A stretch of 64,000 nucleotides of DNA from an uncultured virus (IMG/VR IMGVR_UViG_3300044675_006217) (Duplodnaviria; Heunggongvirae; Uroviricota; Caudoviricetes). The position numbers and the translations under genes are program-made. The stretch lies in the IMG/VR virus record IMGVR_UViG_3300044675_006217. One strand, written 5' to 3'. This document shows, in pieces, positions 39,692 to 50,868 of this stretch (positions are counted from its first letter, which is position 1; the number at the start of each line of letters is the position of its first letter). The notes under the pieces were generated by a model. It searched no databases and was not told the origin of the DNA. It saw only the letters and a program-made list of their open reading frames with translations.

Positions 39692-41399
39692 CGAAAATGA
39701 AATAAGAATTGTTATTGGGTCCAAAAGGTATGCTGGGAATACAGATAAAGATGTTTGGCTCCAACCACCATTAATTGGTGATAGAAGAGAGTTAATTGAA
39801 GGGGATAGAAGTATCTTAGTAAATCAACAAACGCTCTTTGAAACAGAAAGACAGGAGAGTGATAAATTTAGACTTGCTGGTAAGATTACAAATGTATTTG
39901 ATAATACATTAACCGGTAAAACATCTTACACACCGTTTAAAAATAATTTATATTACACAAACGCAATAAGTAATGCGTCCAACAACTCAAACTTTTGGGA
40001 AGGAAACCCTCAGTTTGACGAGTTCTCAATTCAAAGATTTAGCGGTATTACAGGACATGTACCATTTGTCCCTAAAAGTGCTTCAACGTATAATTGGTCT
40101 TTTTATGTTAGTTATGCGTTTTCAAGTACAACCGCACAAACAATGTCATATACTGATGAAAAGTTTGGAGTAACCAATGGGGGGTTTGTTGCTGGTGACG
40201 GAATACCTTATGTTTTAACGACAGGTAAATTTAATGGAAAATCTTTAGTTTATTTTTATTGTGGTACAAATCACAATTTACAAATTGGACAATATGTTGA
40301 ATTATCGACACCAATTAATAATAAAACTATATTTCAAGTTTATTCTTTGGGTGATGGAACAATCGATTCAGAAAATAAAGTTTTTACAATTTATGATTTA
40401 AAATATCCAACATTAGATATACAAACGGGTGTTTTTGGAAATCTTAAAAGAATAACTGAACCTGCTAATTCTGCAGAAACAAAATCCATATACTATGTTA
40501 GATTACACAAGATTATCAAAAACAGTGAACAATGTAATATTAGTAAAGCAGGATTTGAAAATAACCCATTTGCAATAGATAAAAAATTAGAGTATTCGGC
40601 ACTAACACCAAATCAAGTACAAAGAGTTTCTGTAAAAAATAACGCTCAGACATTTTCTTTCACGTTTGATAAAGACGTAAGAATAGGGGGTTACATAGAC
40701 AACAACGGAAAACCATTAACTGAGTTGTTTTTAACAATTATAAACAGAGGATATATGGGGTGGTTTAATAAACCATTTGTTAATCAAAATGGCCTACAAA
40801 CCGGAATTGACGTAGGTTGGAATTTTAATTTTTTAGAAAATTCAGTGGACACATGGTGGAACCATAACAATAGTTTAAATAAAGATAATATACCAACAAA
40901 TTCATATTCGTTAAATGGACAAACATTTTATTATAATGAAATATTAAATCAAGGTGATGTAATTTTAGGAGATTTTTGTGAATATAACTACATGGAACAA
41001 AGAGAGTATGTTTTATCTAAAGCCATTCACAAATATTCATTTAACGATTTGTTGTTTCAAACAACGGGAAATCAAAACTATCCTGATGGTTATTTGTACA
41101 ACCCACACCATTCAATACCCATTAGAGCTTTTAGTGATTATATTGAAAATGGAACAAAAGACACTGTAGACAATATACCTGGGTATTCTTGGTTTAGTGA
41201 ATATAATAACAAATGGTATTGGAGAGATTTATATACTTATGGATATATAGATAGTGATGGGATTGGGGTAAATAACCCATTCATCAACGGAGCTCATTAT
41301 CCGTTTTTAAATTGTATATTTTTACAATATCCTATTCGAAGAAATAACAATGTATTCTCAAACGAATATCAACAAATAACTAACGACGATTGTGAATAA
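39684..41399 (+). CDS. Putative structural protein
   Basis: 571 aa, overlapping both neighbours in the baseplate operon. Confidence 0.5.
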   Translation: MSNENEIRIVIGSKRYAGNTDKDVWLQPPLIGDRRELIEGDRSILVNQQTLFETERQESDKFRLAGKITNVFDNTLTGKTSYTPFKNNLYYTNAISNASNNSNFWEGNPQFDEFSIQRFSGITGHVPFVPKSASTYNWSFYVSYAFSSTTAQTMSYTDEKFGVTNGGFVAGDGIPYVLTTGKFNGKSLVYFYCGTNHNLQIGQYVELSTPINNKTIFQVYSLGDGTIDSENKVFTIYDLKYPTLDIQTGVFGNLKRITEPANSAETKSIYYVRLHKIIKNSEQCNISKAGFENNPFAIDKKLEYSALTPNQVQRVSVKNNAQTFSFTFDKDVRIGGYIDNNGKPLTELFLTIINRGYMGWFNKPFVNQNGLQTGIDVGWNFNFLENSVDTWWNHNNSLNKDNIPTNSYSLNGQTFYYNEILNQGDVILGDFCEYNYMEQREYVLSKAIHKYSFNDLLFQTTGNQNYPDGYLYNPHHSIPIRAFSDYIENGTKDTVDNIPGYSWFSEYNNKWYWRDLYTYGYIDSDGIGVNNPFINGAHYPFLNCIFLQYPIRRNNNVFSNEYQQITNDDCE

Positions 41400-42234
41400 T
41401 AATTATTATAGGTTTAGTGTAACTTCAGAAGATACGGCTTTTAACATACCGGTTGAAATAACTTTTGACATGGGTGGTAGAAACGATGGAATCGTTCAAT
41501 TTGAAACTGATATTTTACAAGATTTAATAAATGGTATTGATGATTTTGAAACTACAAGATTCGCAAATAAAGAATACTCGCAAACACCAAATGTTACAGA
41601 CATAAATTATGAATTTTATTTTTTAGATTCTACCGTTTCTGTTACTGCCGCAACATCTAATGATTGGGCAGTTGACTATGATAATGCAACATTTACTGAC
41701 CCTGAATTATATTATTTTGCAAATTCATTCAAAGGTAGTTTTTTCAAATTGGATTTTTATGACACAAAAACAAATGAAAACCAAAAGGCATATTTTAGTG
41801 TAATATTACCAACACAACAAGGACAAACAAGAGTTGGTTTTTTAGGTCCATTAAACAATCAAACACAAGTGAATGTTAAAAAACCAAAATTTAAACTTGA
41901 TTATACAGGTTCCGACAAAGAAGGATTTTTTATATATTGGTTAAAAGAAACTGATTTTATAAATATTACAGAGTTTTATATGACCGCTAAGTTTTTTAAT
42001 GCGAAGACAGGTCAATTTGTAAGGTTTATGAATGAACCACAATCTACTTTTTCTGCAAATAACAAATTTAATTTTAATAAATCACAATATTTTTATTATA
42101 AAGTTGAGTTAGATTTTGCAAACTTTGAATATCAAGTTTACAAAGAAATCCCACAACAAAACCAAGCACCTGTTCTTCAAAGAGTTGGTGATTCGGTTAA
42201 TGTTATAAAATGGTATGAATACGGAAACCCATAA
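41392..42234 (+). CDS. Putative structural protein
   Basis: 280 aa, GTG start, aromatic-rich. Confidence 0.5.
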   Translation: MNNNYYRFSVTSEDTAFNIPVEITFDMGGRNDGIVQFETDILQDLINGIDDFETTRFANKEYSQTPNVTDINYEFYFLDSTVSVTAATSNDWAVDYDNATFTDPELYYFANSFKGSFFKLDFYDTKTNENQKAYFSVILPTQQGQTRVGFLGPLNNQTQVNVKKPKFKLDYTGSDKEGFFIYWLKETDFINITEFYMTAKFFNAKTGQFVRFMNEPQSTFSANNKFNFNKSQYFYYKVELDFANFEYQVYKEIPQQNQAPVLQRVGDSVNVIKWYEYGNP

Positions 42235-43322
42235 TGGAAGCTGAAAAATATTCTTTAATAGTATCCCCTGAAAATATTTCTACAGATATTTTTGGTGAAA
42301 CTTATAGTGGTGACAGTGGGTCACAAACCTTTGGTGTGTATTCAGGTATGTCTTACATATTGAGTGGAGGAACGGGAGGTACATCACTTTTAACAGGTTT
42401 AACAATACCAATTATGTTCACTCAAACTATGAACGATATTGGTTTTTATAGTGAGTTTGATGGTCTTATGTTACAAAAAGATGTGTTGTCTAATTTTTTA
42501 TTTTCTGCTGATACATTAACACCTTACGATGTTAATTTTTATAATACATCGGGTGACATAGAAATATCATTTTTAAAACTATCAAGTTTCTTTGTTGATT
42601 GGGGTGATGGGAGCCCAACTCAACAGGTTGGAACCCAACCATTGACACATACATACCCCACCACACCAAGTGCGTATACCATAACTTTTTCTGGTCAAAA
42701 TAGTTGGGGGTTGAATATAATTGAAAAACCGATTGTACTTCCTTTAACGGGGGCAACAATAACAAATTTACAAGGTAATTTTACTTTCACACCACAAGGT
42801 GGTTATTGGTCAGGTATACCTGTAAGTTACGATTTTATAGCAACAGGTGATTCACAAAATAATGTATCATCACAAATATCAAGTTCATACACGACAATTC
42901 CTTTTCCTGTTTCAGGTTATACCAAATCTAAACTTACGGATGTAAAAAGATGGGGACCTAACCCGTATACAGTTGGTTATACTTTTATAAAAAATGGAGT
43001 ACCATACGGACAAATAAATTCTATAACGTCAGGGTATACTTCATACACAATAAATGACATCACTTATTACGACTTTCCAAACGGACAAACTCTGTACTTA
43101 TTACAAAGTTCAGGATTTACCCAAAATGATTTATTGTTTTCAGCGATTACAAAAAATGAATATTTGTTAGATTTTGTTATGGACCCTGAAGTTCAAAGCG
43201 ATGTTTATATCGAAAGAGGTAAATATAGCGCGTTTGAACCATTACAAAGATTAGGTGAAGTTGATAATATTGGTGATATGGTAAGATATGGTTACGGATA
43301 TTATAAAATTAATACAACATAA
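42234..43322 (+). CDS. Putative structural protein with PKD-like Ig domain
   Basis: FFVDWGDGS....HTY...YTITF is a PKD-type signature. Confidence 0.55.
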   Translation: MEAEKYSLIVSPENISTDIFGETYSGDSGSQTFGVYSGMSYILSGGTGGTSLLTGLTIPIMFTQTMNDIGFYSEFDGLMLQKDVLSNFLFSADTLTPYDVNFYNTSGDIEISFLKLSSFFVDWGDGSPTQQVGTQPLTHTYPTTPSAYTITFSGQNSWGLNIIEKPIVLPLTGATITNLQGNFTFTPQGGYWSGIPVSYDFIATGDSQNNVSSQISSSYTTIPFPVSGYTKSKLTDVKRWGPNPYTVGYTFIKNGVPYGQINSITSGYTSYTINDITYYDFPNGQTLYLLQSSGFTQNDLLFSAITKNEYLLDFVMDPEVQSDVYIERGKYSAFEPLQRLGEVDNIGDMVRYGYGYYKINTT

Positions 43323-43354
43323 AAAAAGACATAAACTATTTATAAAATAAAAAA

Positions 43355-44263
43355 ATGGCACTTGGCACATATGGAATAACAAGACCCGCTGATGTATCAC
43401 CTGATGATGTTGAAATCATCTTACACTATACACCTTCAAGGGATGTTACAAATAATTTCACATTAAAAAAATTAAATGCCGCAAATATATTAACACCATA
43501 TTTTCATAATTCAGATACTGGTGGTAATAATAACGTGGAAATTTTAGGTGGTTTATATAATTTAAGATTGCCCGCAACCGAGTTTAGTAAGTTGGGGATT
43601 TATACTTTAATGATTAGACCTGCTGAAATTAGAACAACAATAAATGACTGTGGAGTTTTATCGGCACTACCAAACGTAAAAGGTATTATTATTGATATTA
43701 ATAATGTTCCTTCACAGTATAGAAATAAATTTGTTAATCAAGGACTTGTTGGTTTTAGAGTTGAATACTTAAATAATAACGGAACAAAAATACCAAACTT
43801 TTATAGACTTGTTACGTCATCATTTTATTGTGAACCTGTAATTACAGAACAGGTTAACACAACACAAAAGTCTATTAGATATAGATATGTAGACAACCCA
43901 ACAGATTTAATTTTCTGTACACTTTCACCTTCTTCATCTCCATCTAATAAACCAAGTGCAATTCCTTTTATAGGTCAACCAAACCAAAATATTATAATAA
44001 CAAATACTTTCTTTAATCCTATTACTATTGATGTTCAAATGGCGGAATACGACATTGACACTTTAGCAATTGCTCTTTATGGTAATCAAACCAAAAGTAT
44101 TGAGGATGGTATTTACACTCTTTACGATACGGCAGGAAACATTTACAAACAATACAACCTATTTGAAATTAGAAACAACTTTAGTGAACTTCTATTTGAA
44201 GTTAGACAAGATAGAAATAATAACATTGATTACAGTAAAAACTTTACCAATATTATTGAATAA
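43355..44263 (+). CDS. Putative structural protein
   Basis: 302 aa, preceded by TATTTATA (43337-43344). Confidence 0.5.
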   Translation: MALGTYGITRPADVSPDDVEIILHYTPSRDVTNNFTLKKLNAANILTPYFHNSDTGGNNNVEILGGLYNLRLPATEFSKLGIYTLMIRPAEIRTTINDCGVLSALPNVKGIIIDINNVPSQYRNKFVNQGLVGFRVEYLNNNGTKIPNFYRLVTSSFYCEPVITEQVNTTQKSIRYRYVDNPTDLIFCTLSPSSSPSNKPSAIPFIGQPNQNIIITNTFFNPITIDVQMAEYDIDTLAIALYGNQTKSIEDGIYTLYDTAGNIYKQYNLFEIRNNFSELLFEVRQDRNNNIDYSKNFTNIIE

Positions 44264-47211
44264 TGGCAAAACAAATATTTAGATATCCACCTGCTCCACC
44301 TGTAGGAACTTTAACTGCGTTTGACAACATAGTTGGATTACAGTTGGTGACAGGAGGTGGATTAACACAAGGAAACTTTCAGTTTACAACTGCCATTTAT
44401 GAAAAGGTAAATCGTAATTTTGATTTAGGTGTTTTCTCACAACTTTATAATTTAGAAAATTTAAATATTGAAGATGTTGAACAAACAAAAAAAATCATAC
44501 AAAAAAACTTTTCAGTATATCCAAATTTTGATATATCACAAGTAACGAGTTTTACGTTGTATGGTTCACTTCAAAAAAGATTATCAGCGTCCGTAACAAA
44601 AATAATAAGTTATTTTCCGGCGGCCTTAGAAGTAAGAGGAACGACTCTGTCATTTACAACAGGATACACCGCTACAAATATTGCTTTTGACCCTATTGAA
44701 AATTTAACAACGTTTGATGTTGATGTTCCGTGGATAGTTAATCCTTTTGACATTGACTTCTCTGTAAACGCAGCAAGAAACATTCAAGTTAGACCTATAA
44801 AAGTTTCAAAATACCGTGATTTAACAAATAACTACGAAAACTTTAGTTTATATTTTTCTGCTCTTACAACAGAATACCCTGTAGTTGATTTTATACCTTC
44901 AGCGACATTAACAGCAGGAACAATTACATTCACAGTTGAAGGTGACCCTTTTTCAGGACAAACAATTTCAACAGAAACATTTATAGTAAAACCAAATACA
45001 CAAAAAACTGCTGAAATATTCCAAGATGATTTTGATGAGGTTGAGGATTTTATATTAAATAGAAATAGCCAACCAAAGTATACTGCGATTTTTGAGTACC
45101 CATACTACGATTCAGATGGGATTTTTACATTAAAAGTACAAAGTGTAACATGGGTATTGGACGGTTTATGGAATTTAGATATTGTGACATCTAATTTTGA
45201 CACGTATTTAACAACTTTAAGTGAAATCGCACTTAATCTTGACGATTACAAAACCAATTTGATTTCAAGATTTCTAACAACAGGGGCATTCAAGGACTTT
45301 GACACTCAGGACCAAAAGATGGAAAAAATTCTACAAATATATGGTAGAAGTTTTGATGAGGTTAAAAAGTTTATTGATGCCTTGGCGAATATGAACTCAG
45401 TGAACTATGTTGTGGGAAATGATATACCATCACAGTTACTAACTAATTTAGCACAAACCTTGGGGGTAAATACAAATATATCGCCAATTAATAACGACCA
45501 ATTATTAGATGCGGTGTTTAGTACAACAACCGACCAAATTTATTCAGGTCAAGCAGAAGAAAAAACACCATCAGAATTAAACTATCAATATTTTAGAAAT
45601 GTAATTCTAAACTCAGCATATATGTTTAAATCCAAAGGAACAAGAACATCTTTGGAATACATAATGAGATTGATTGGTGCACCTGAAGCAATAACAGAAT
45701 TTAATGAAGTTGTGTATTTGGTCGATTCAAAAATTAATGTGGACCAATTTAAAGAAAATTATGCTAAAATAAGTGGAGGTACGGTTTATGTTGAAAAACC
45801 TGCATTAGACCCAACAAATACATTTTCTATTCAAGGAGTAACATATACCGGATTTACAACAAACGGAGAAGTGCAAACTGTAACAACGTCAAGAAATGAT
45901 TATGGTATTTCTGACGATGGTTACCCTAAGTCACCAACACAGACAGATGATTACTTTTTCCAAAAAGGTTCAGGTTGGTTTGAATCTAGCCCAAAACACA
46001 GGTCACCACAAGTTGTCGATTTAGAAAATTCACAACTTGACCAAAACGTACCAAGTGTTGTAACACAACTACAACCTTTTTCATATGGTCAAGAATACTT
46101 AGACAGGTTTACTAAGTTTCCATTTTTGAATGAAGGGTATACAATAACAAAAATTTACGACAACCAAAAGTCTTGGTCCGTTGACGACATAGGAAACAGA
46201 AAAAATAATTCAAACTTTAATGGGGTTGATTACACCATTACAAACGACAAACAACTTATAAACTCAAAAAATATTGAATTAAATATTAATATGGGTCAAG
46301 GGTTAGTTTATGATGTGTGGGATATGTGTGTTAAATACGATTACCCAATTCCAAATACCGGTTTAACGTCACCTTATCCATATCCAGGAGCGATAGATTG
46401 GACTTTTGTAAACCCACAACCAAAACAAAAAACATTTTTTGAATTTGCTCAATCGTTCTTTACCAACATGATTAATGTTAGAAATAGACAAACAATTTTC
46501 GACGGTAAGACAGGTGGTTACCCTACACTTCAATCAATATATTGGAAATACCTTCAATCACAACAAACAGTAGGAATACCTTCCAATCAATTTACCTATC
46601 AAAAAATGATAGACTATACATTAGGTATTGGTGATTATTGGCAAAGATTATTGGAACAGTTGGTTCCTGCAACAACACTTTGGCTCACGGGCCAAAAAAT
46701 GGAAAACTCAATTTTCCATAGACAAAAATTCATATGGAGAAGACAAAGAGGATGTCAATTTATACAAGTTGAATGTGTACCTTGTACATTTGACGGTCAG
46801 TTATTTGGATATGATTGTATAGACCAAACTTTAAGATGTGAATTAAACTTTGACAGTCCACAAACTTATCTAACACAAGTTTTAAGTGCGGTTGTAAAAC
46901 AGAGTGGGTACACTCAAGCCAATTGTGATTTAACAAGTATAGTATCGGAGTGGTTTGTGGATTGTAGATTAGACAGTACGATTTTAGTTCAAGAGCAATT
47001 CTACACAGGATATGGTTTTTATGATGTGCCAACGGTTGCTCAAATAACAGCGGCAATTGATGACAAATTACAAGAATTATATAATCATGGACTAAACTAT
47101 TATTTTGCGGGTAAAACTTTAGTAATAAGTAATTCAACTTGTTATGATGACTTCACAAATAAAAAACTGTACTTAAATATAGGTATAAACGCTAGTATAA
47201 ATTGTAATTAA
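44263..47211 (+). CDS. Baseplate wedge protein (gp7 / P2 gpI-like core)
   Basis: LLTNLAQTLG...YMFKSKGTRTSLEYIMRLIG resembles the gpI/gp7-type KGT motif. Confidence 0.55.
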   Translation: MAKQIFRYPPAPPVGTLTAFDNIVGLQLVTGGGLTQGNFQFTTAIYEKVNRNFDLGVFSQLYNLENLNIEDVEQTKKIIQKNFSVYPNFDISQVTSFTLYGSLQKRLSASVTKIISYFPAALEVRGTTLSFTTGYTATNIAFDPIENLTTFDVDVPWIVNPFDIDFSVNAARNIQVRPIKVSKYRDLTNNYENFSLYFSALTTEYPVVDFIPSATLTAGTITFTVEGDPFSGQTISTETFIVKPNTQKTAEIFQDDFDEVEDFILNRNSQPKYTAIFEYPYYDSDGIFTLKVQSVTWVLDGLWNLDIVTSNFDTYLTTLSEIALNLDDYKTNLISRFLTTGAFKDFDTQDQKMEKILQIYGRSFDEVKKFIDALANMNSVNYVVGNDIPSQLLTNLAQTLGVNTNISPINNDQLLDAVFSTTTDQIYSGQAEEKTPSELNYQYFRNVILNSAYMFKSKGTRTSLEYIMRLIGAPEAITEFNEVVYLVDSKINVDQFKENYAKISGGTVYVEKPALDPTNTFSIQGVTYTGFTTNGEVQTVTTSRNDYGISDDGYPKSPTQTDDYFFQKGSGWFESSPKHRSPQVVDLENSQLDQNVPSVVTQLQPFSYGQEYLDRFTKFPFLNEGYTITKIYDNQKSWSVDDIGNRKNNSNFNGVDYTITNDKQLINSKNIELNINMGQGLVYDVWDMCVKYDYPIPNTGLTSPYPYPGAIDWTFVNPQPKQKTFFEFAQSFFTNMINVRNRQTIFDGKTGGYPTLQSIYWKYLQSQQTVGIPSNQFTYQKMIDYTLGIGDYWQRLLEQLVPATTLWLTGQKMENSIFHRQKFIWRRQRGCQFIQVECVPCTFDGQLFGYDCIDQTLRCELNFDSPQTYLTQVLSAVVKQSGYTQANCDLTSIVSEWFVDCRLDSTILVQEQFYTGYGFYDVPTVAQITAAIDDKLQELYNHGLNYYFAGKTLVISNSTCYDDFTNKKLYLNIGINASINCN

Positions 47212-49514
47212 TGGCTTGTTTTTCGGGTTTAACGGATGGGGTATATAGGTACTATGATTGTTGTGGTAACTTTGTAGTTGGAGTTTCTTTAGGGGAAACT
47301 ATTTGTTTTGATAGTGCGTACTCAGCATCAACATTTGGTGTTTATAACACAATGTCCGCTTGTACACCAACTTGCGATGACCAACCATTAGGACTAACAT
47401 TTACAATCACAGGTACATGCTCATCCCCAACGGGTTCTGTAACATTTTCACCATATGGTGGAATACCTCCATACACAATAGATAATATACAACCTGGTGG
47501 AATAAGTGCTCAAACGTCATCAAGTCCAATAACATTTTCAGGATTAACCGCCGACACCTATGTGTTTAGGTTAAATGATTCTGAAGGGTTTGAAAATAAC
47601 GAATTATATATAAACGTTATTATAACAGGTTGTTTTTATACTGACATTATTGACGTAACACCAACCACATGTGGAGAAAATAATGGAACACTAACTGTAA
47701 GTGCCGACTCTCAAATGTCGCCTTATACTTTAATATTATCCACATCAGGAGGTACTGTTGAATCACAAGTAACAACTTTGTTCCCTTATACATTCACAAA
47801 TCTATCTGCGGACACATATTTTGTTCAAGTTGTGGATTATGGGTTGTCAACTGCAACAACATCTAACGCAATTGTTTCATCCTCTTCAAATTTTGATTTT
47901 GGTTTTTGGAAAGTAAATACGTCTACTTGTGTGATTAATGAAGGTAAACTTTCAATCACAGGACTTACAGGAACATCACCTTACACATATCTTTGGAATA
48001 ACGGTGAGACGGGTCAAACAATAACAGGTTTAACAATTGGAACTTATAGTTGTACTGTAACTGATGGTAATGGTTGTGTGGTGACTAAAAGTGATACTAT
48101 AGGTGAAGCCGACCCACTTGGAGTTGGTATTGTTACTTCTGTAAATCCTTCTTGTTTTTCATCAGACGGTAGTATTACATTTACAATTACAGGGGGTAGT
48201 GTCCCTTATTATTATTCCGCCAGCACATCACAAGTAGGGTATACATTAAGCGATACATTAACCTTATCAGGTTTATCAAGTGGAAATTACAATTTAGAAA
48301 TTACAGATGCGAACTTTTGTAAACAAATAATAAGTGCATTTATTAATGCTGAAAATTCATTTTTTATAGTTGATACGGTAGTAACTAATTCTAATTGTAG
48401 TCAACAACTTGGTTCATTAACTGTTTCATTACAAGGTTCAAATAATTTTTATAGTTATATATTATCGGGACAAACGAACGGTTTAGTATATACCAATACA
48501 ACACAAAGTTTAACTAGTACGTTTTCAGGTTTAACAAATGATACGTATGACTTAATTATATCTGCAACAGGAACAAACTGTGAATACACAACAACTGTTA
48601 CGTTGGCATCTACTGATAAGTTTGAAATAAGTGCAACAACAACTGGTTCAACATGTTCACAAAATGATGGTGTTTTACAAGTTCAAGTTGGGACTGGTTA
48701 CACATCACCTTTGGACTATATATTAAGTGACGGTCAATCAGTATTAGATACATCATTATCTTCATATACCTTTAATAATTTAGTGGCTGGTAGTTATACT
48801 CTTACAGTTGTTGATGCAGATGGATGTCAAATTGATGAACAAGTAACAATATCAACGGGAGGTAGTTTAATTAGTGCAATATCAACAACACAATGTTATG
48901 GTGGTCAAAATGGAACTGCGCAAGTATTAATATACGACGGAGAACCAACATTTAGTTATGATTGGTCAGATAATGTTCCGTCAGGACAAACGGGTTCAAC
49001 TATATCCGGTTTAACCGCCGGTACGTATTCTGTTGAAGTTACAGACAGTCGCGGATGTTCACAAACTCACAATTTTACAATCACATGTTCAGGAAATAAT
49101 GTAACAACATACTCTGTTGTTGAATTGTGTCAAAATGAATTTGCAACAACAGTTGGGGCTAAACGTGGATTTTTAGAAATGTTAAATGAGGGGTATATTG
49201 ATGTTACAAGTGGATATACGGGATGTAGTTTAAATACTGCAGAATTTATACTTGAAATGAATATTAACGGAAGTGCATTTACTCAAACATTCTATACCGC
49301 AACAACATTGAATGATGTTCCACAAGACACTGTTTGGCAATCAACAATAGAAGGGATATTAAGTGGTGTTACTGATATTAGTAGTTATACTATAAGTTTG
49401 ACAGATAATACAATTCACATTGAATCAAATTGTGAGGGAGACACCGACCCATTGGCTGATGCTAACTTCACTTTAGAATTAACAATAGACTACGATGTAA
49501 CTTGTTATACATAG
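47211..49514 (+). CDS. SprB-repeat-like tandem Ig protein (tail appendage)
   Basis: Repeated TC...G.I.....GG.PPY.Y.W......GL.AG.Y...VTD.NGC units. Confidence 0.7.
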   Translation: MACFSGLTDGVYRYYDCCGNFVVGVSLGETICFDSAYSASTFGVYNTMSACTPTCDDQPLGLTFTITGTCSSPTGSVTFSPYGGIPPYTIDNIQPGGISAQTSSSPITFSGLTADTYVFRLNDSEGFENNELYINVIITGCFYTDIIDVTPTTCGENNGTLTVSADSQMSPYTLILSTSGGTVESQVTTLFPYTFTNLSADTYFVQVVDYGLSTATTSNAIVSSSSNFDFGFWKVNTSTCVINEGKLSITGLTGTSPYTYLWNNGETGQTITGLTIGTYSCTVTDGNGCVVTKSDTIGEADPLGVGIVTSVNPSCFSSDGSITFTITGGSVPYYYSASTSQVGYTLSDTLTLSGLSSGNYNLEITDANFCKQIISAFINAENSFFIVDTVVTNSNCSQQLGSLTVSLQGSNNFYSYILSGQTNGLVYTNTTQSLTSTFSGLTNDTYDLIISATGTNCEYTTTVTLASTDKFEISATTTGSTCSQNDGVLQVQVGTGYTSPLDYILSDGQSVLDTSLSSYTFNNLVAGSYTLTVVDADGCQIDEQVTISTGGSLISAISTTQCYGGQNGTAQVLIYDGEPTFSYDWSDNVPSGQTGSTISGLTAGTYSVEVTDSRGCSQTHNFTITCSGNNVTTYSVVELCQNEFATTVGAKRGFLEMLNEGYIDVTSGYTGCSLNTAEFILEMNINGSAFTQTFYTATTLNDVPQDTVWQSTIEGILSGVTDISSYTISLTDNTIHIESNCEGDTDPLADANFTLELTIDYDVTCYT

Positions 49515-49724
49515 ATGCCGTACTCAGTTGACATAACAGGATTGACAGGAGGAACACCACCCGTTAGTTATTACGTTTGTGATGAAAACGGAAATAATTG
49601 TTCATTACTTGGTACAACACTTACCGTTTATGTTTTATCTGCATTTTATTCTGCAGCAAATACCTTAATAATAAAAGCGATTGATGGTAATGGTTGTGAA
49701 ACTTTTTATGAAATAAATTGTTAA
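49515..49724 (+). CDS. Single SprB-like Ig module protein
   Basis: GGTPP..YYVCD...C...IKAIDGNGC. Confidence 0.6.
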   Translation: MPYSVDITGLTGGTPPVSYYVCDENGNNCSLLGTTLTVYVLSAFYSAANTLIIKAIDGNGCETFYEINC

Positions 49725-49727
49725 TAT

Positions 49728-50015
49728 ATGAATATACAAATAACAGGAGTAACTAGCGGATTAAGTCCTTATGATGTTTTCATTTGTGACCCATCAAATA
49801 CCTATTGTTTTTATGTGTCAGGAGTTACTTCAATACCACCAAATGTAGTTATTAATTCAGAATCTTTTTTTCCAAATGAAGATGTTATATATATAAAAAT
49901 TATAGATGCTAATGGTTGTATCATGGAAATAGAAGTGGATTGTGGAAGTTATTTATTACAAGAAACTGGTTTTTATATATTACAGGAAGATGGTTTTAGA
50001 ATCAAAATAACTTAA
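49728..50015 (+). CDS. Single SprB-like module with C-terminal LLQE-G hook; probable fibre adaptor
   Basis: SPYDVFICD...IKIIDANGC, then YLLQETGFYILQEDG. Confidence 0.55.
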   Translation: MNIQITGVTSGLSPYDVFICDPSNTYCFYVSGVTSIPPNVVINSESFFPNEDVIYIKIIDANGCIMEIEVDCGSYLLQETGFYILQEDGFRIKIT

Positions 50016-50038
50016 ATAATATTTATCTATAAAAGACT

Positions 50039-50821
50039 ATGCCGGATTTACCAATATCATCCTTACCTGCAGCATCGACAGGTTACTCTAATTCATTATT
50101 GGTAATTGTAAATTACAATCCAATAATATCAGGTAGAACAGAAGCAGTACCATTTAGTGCTATAACTGCATCAATTGCCGGAACTTCAGGCACAAATGGA
50201 ACTAATGGGTCTTCAGGAACCAGTGGTACAAATGGAACTAGCGGGTCCTCGGGAACTAACGGTACAAGTGGAACTAGCGGAACTAACGGCACAAGCGGAA
50301 CTAACGGAACCAGTGGTACAAATGGTACTAGCGGAACTAACGGAACCAGTGGCGTCGATGGTAGTGGTAGAGCATGGGGGTCTTTTTTGTCCACAACGGA
50401 CCAATATGTTTCAAGTACCTCTAGTGCGTTTTCTATGAGTGCGGACACCAATACTGGTTCTAATGGTGTAACATTATCGGCAAATACAAAATTTGTTGTT
50501 GCAAGTGCCGGTGTTTATAATTTACAATTTTCCGCTCAATTAGAATCAACAGGTGGTGGTTCAGCACAAACTATGGATATATGGTTAGCTAAAAATGGTA
50601 GTAATGTTACTAACTCAAATACACAAGTTGTCGTAAATTCTAATAATGGTAGAACTGTAGCTGCTTGGAATTTTGTAATAGACCTTTCAGCCAATGAATT
50701 TTTAGAATTAAAATTTAGAGTAGATGACACAAGATTAGGTTTACAATATGATGCAGGACCTTTTACATCACCCACTAGACCGGCCATTCCATCTTTGATT
50801 GTTACAATCACACAAGTTTAA
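50039..50821 (+). CDS. Collagen-like fibre with C1q/BclA-like C-terminal domain
   Basis: 21 Gly-X-Y triplets (GTS/GTN/GSS), then a beta-rich domain (AGVYNLQFSAQL, IWLAKNG, LSANEFLEL). Confidence 0.7.
   Translation: MPDLPISSLPAASTGYSNSLLVIVNYNPIISGRTEAVPFSAITASIAGTSGTNGTNGSSGTSGTNGTSGSSGTNGTSGTSGTNGTSGTNGTSGTNGTSGTNGTSGVDGSGRAWGSFLSTTDQYVSSTSSAFSMSADTNTGSNGVTLSANTKFVVASAGVYNLQFSAQLESTGGGSAQTMDIWLAKNGSNVTNSNTQVVVNSNNGRTVAAWNFVIDLSANEFLELKFRVDDTRLGLQYDAGPFTSPTRPAIPSLIVTITQV
50180..50368 (+). repeat. Gly-Thr-Ser/Asn collagen-like repeat
   Basis: 9-bp periodicity, ggN-acN-(ag/aa)N. Confidence 0.9.
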
Positions 50822-50868
50822 TTATTTATTTTTAGTCTTGAGGTATTATTTTTGTTTAAAATGATAAT

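Noticed and set aside
50113..50451. Minus-strand (PLV)n ORF and alternative-frame ORFs
   Set aside because: Shadows of the 9-bp collagen repeat.
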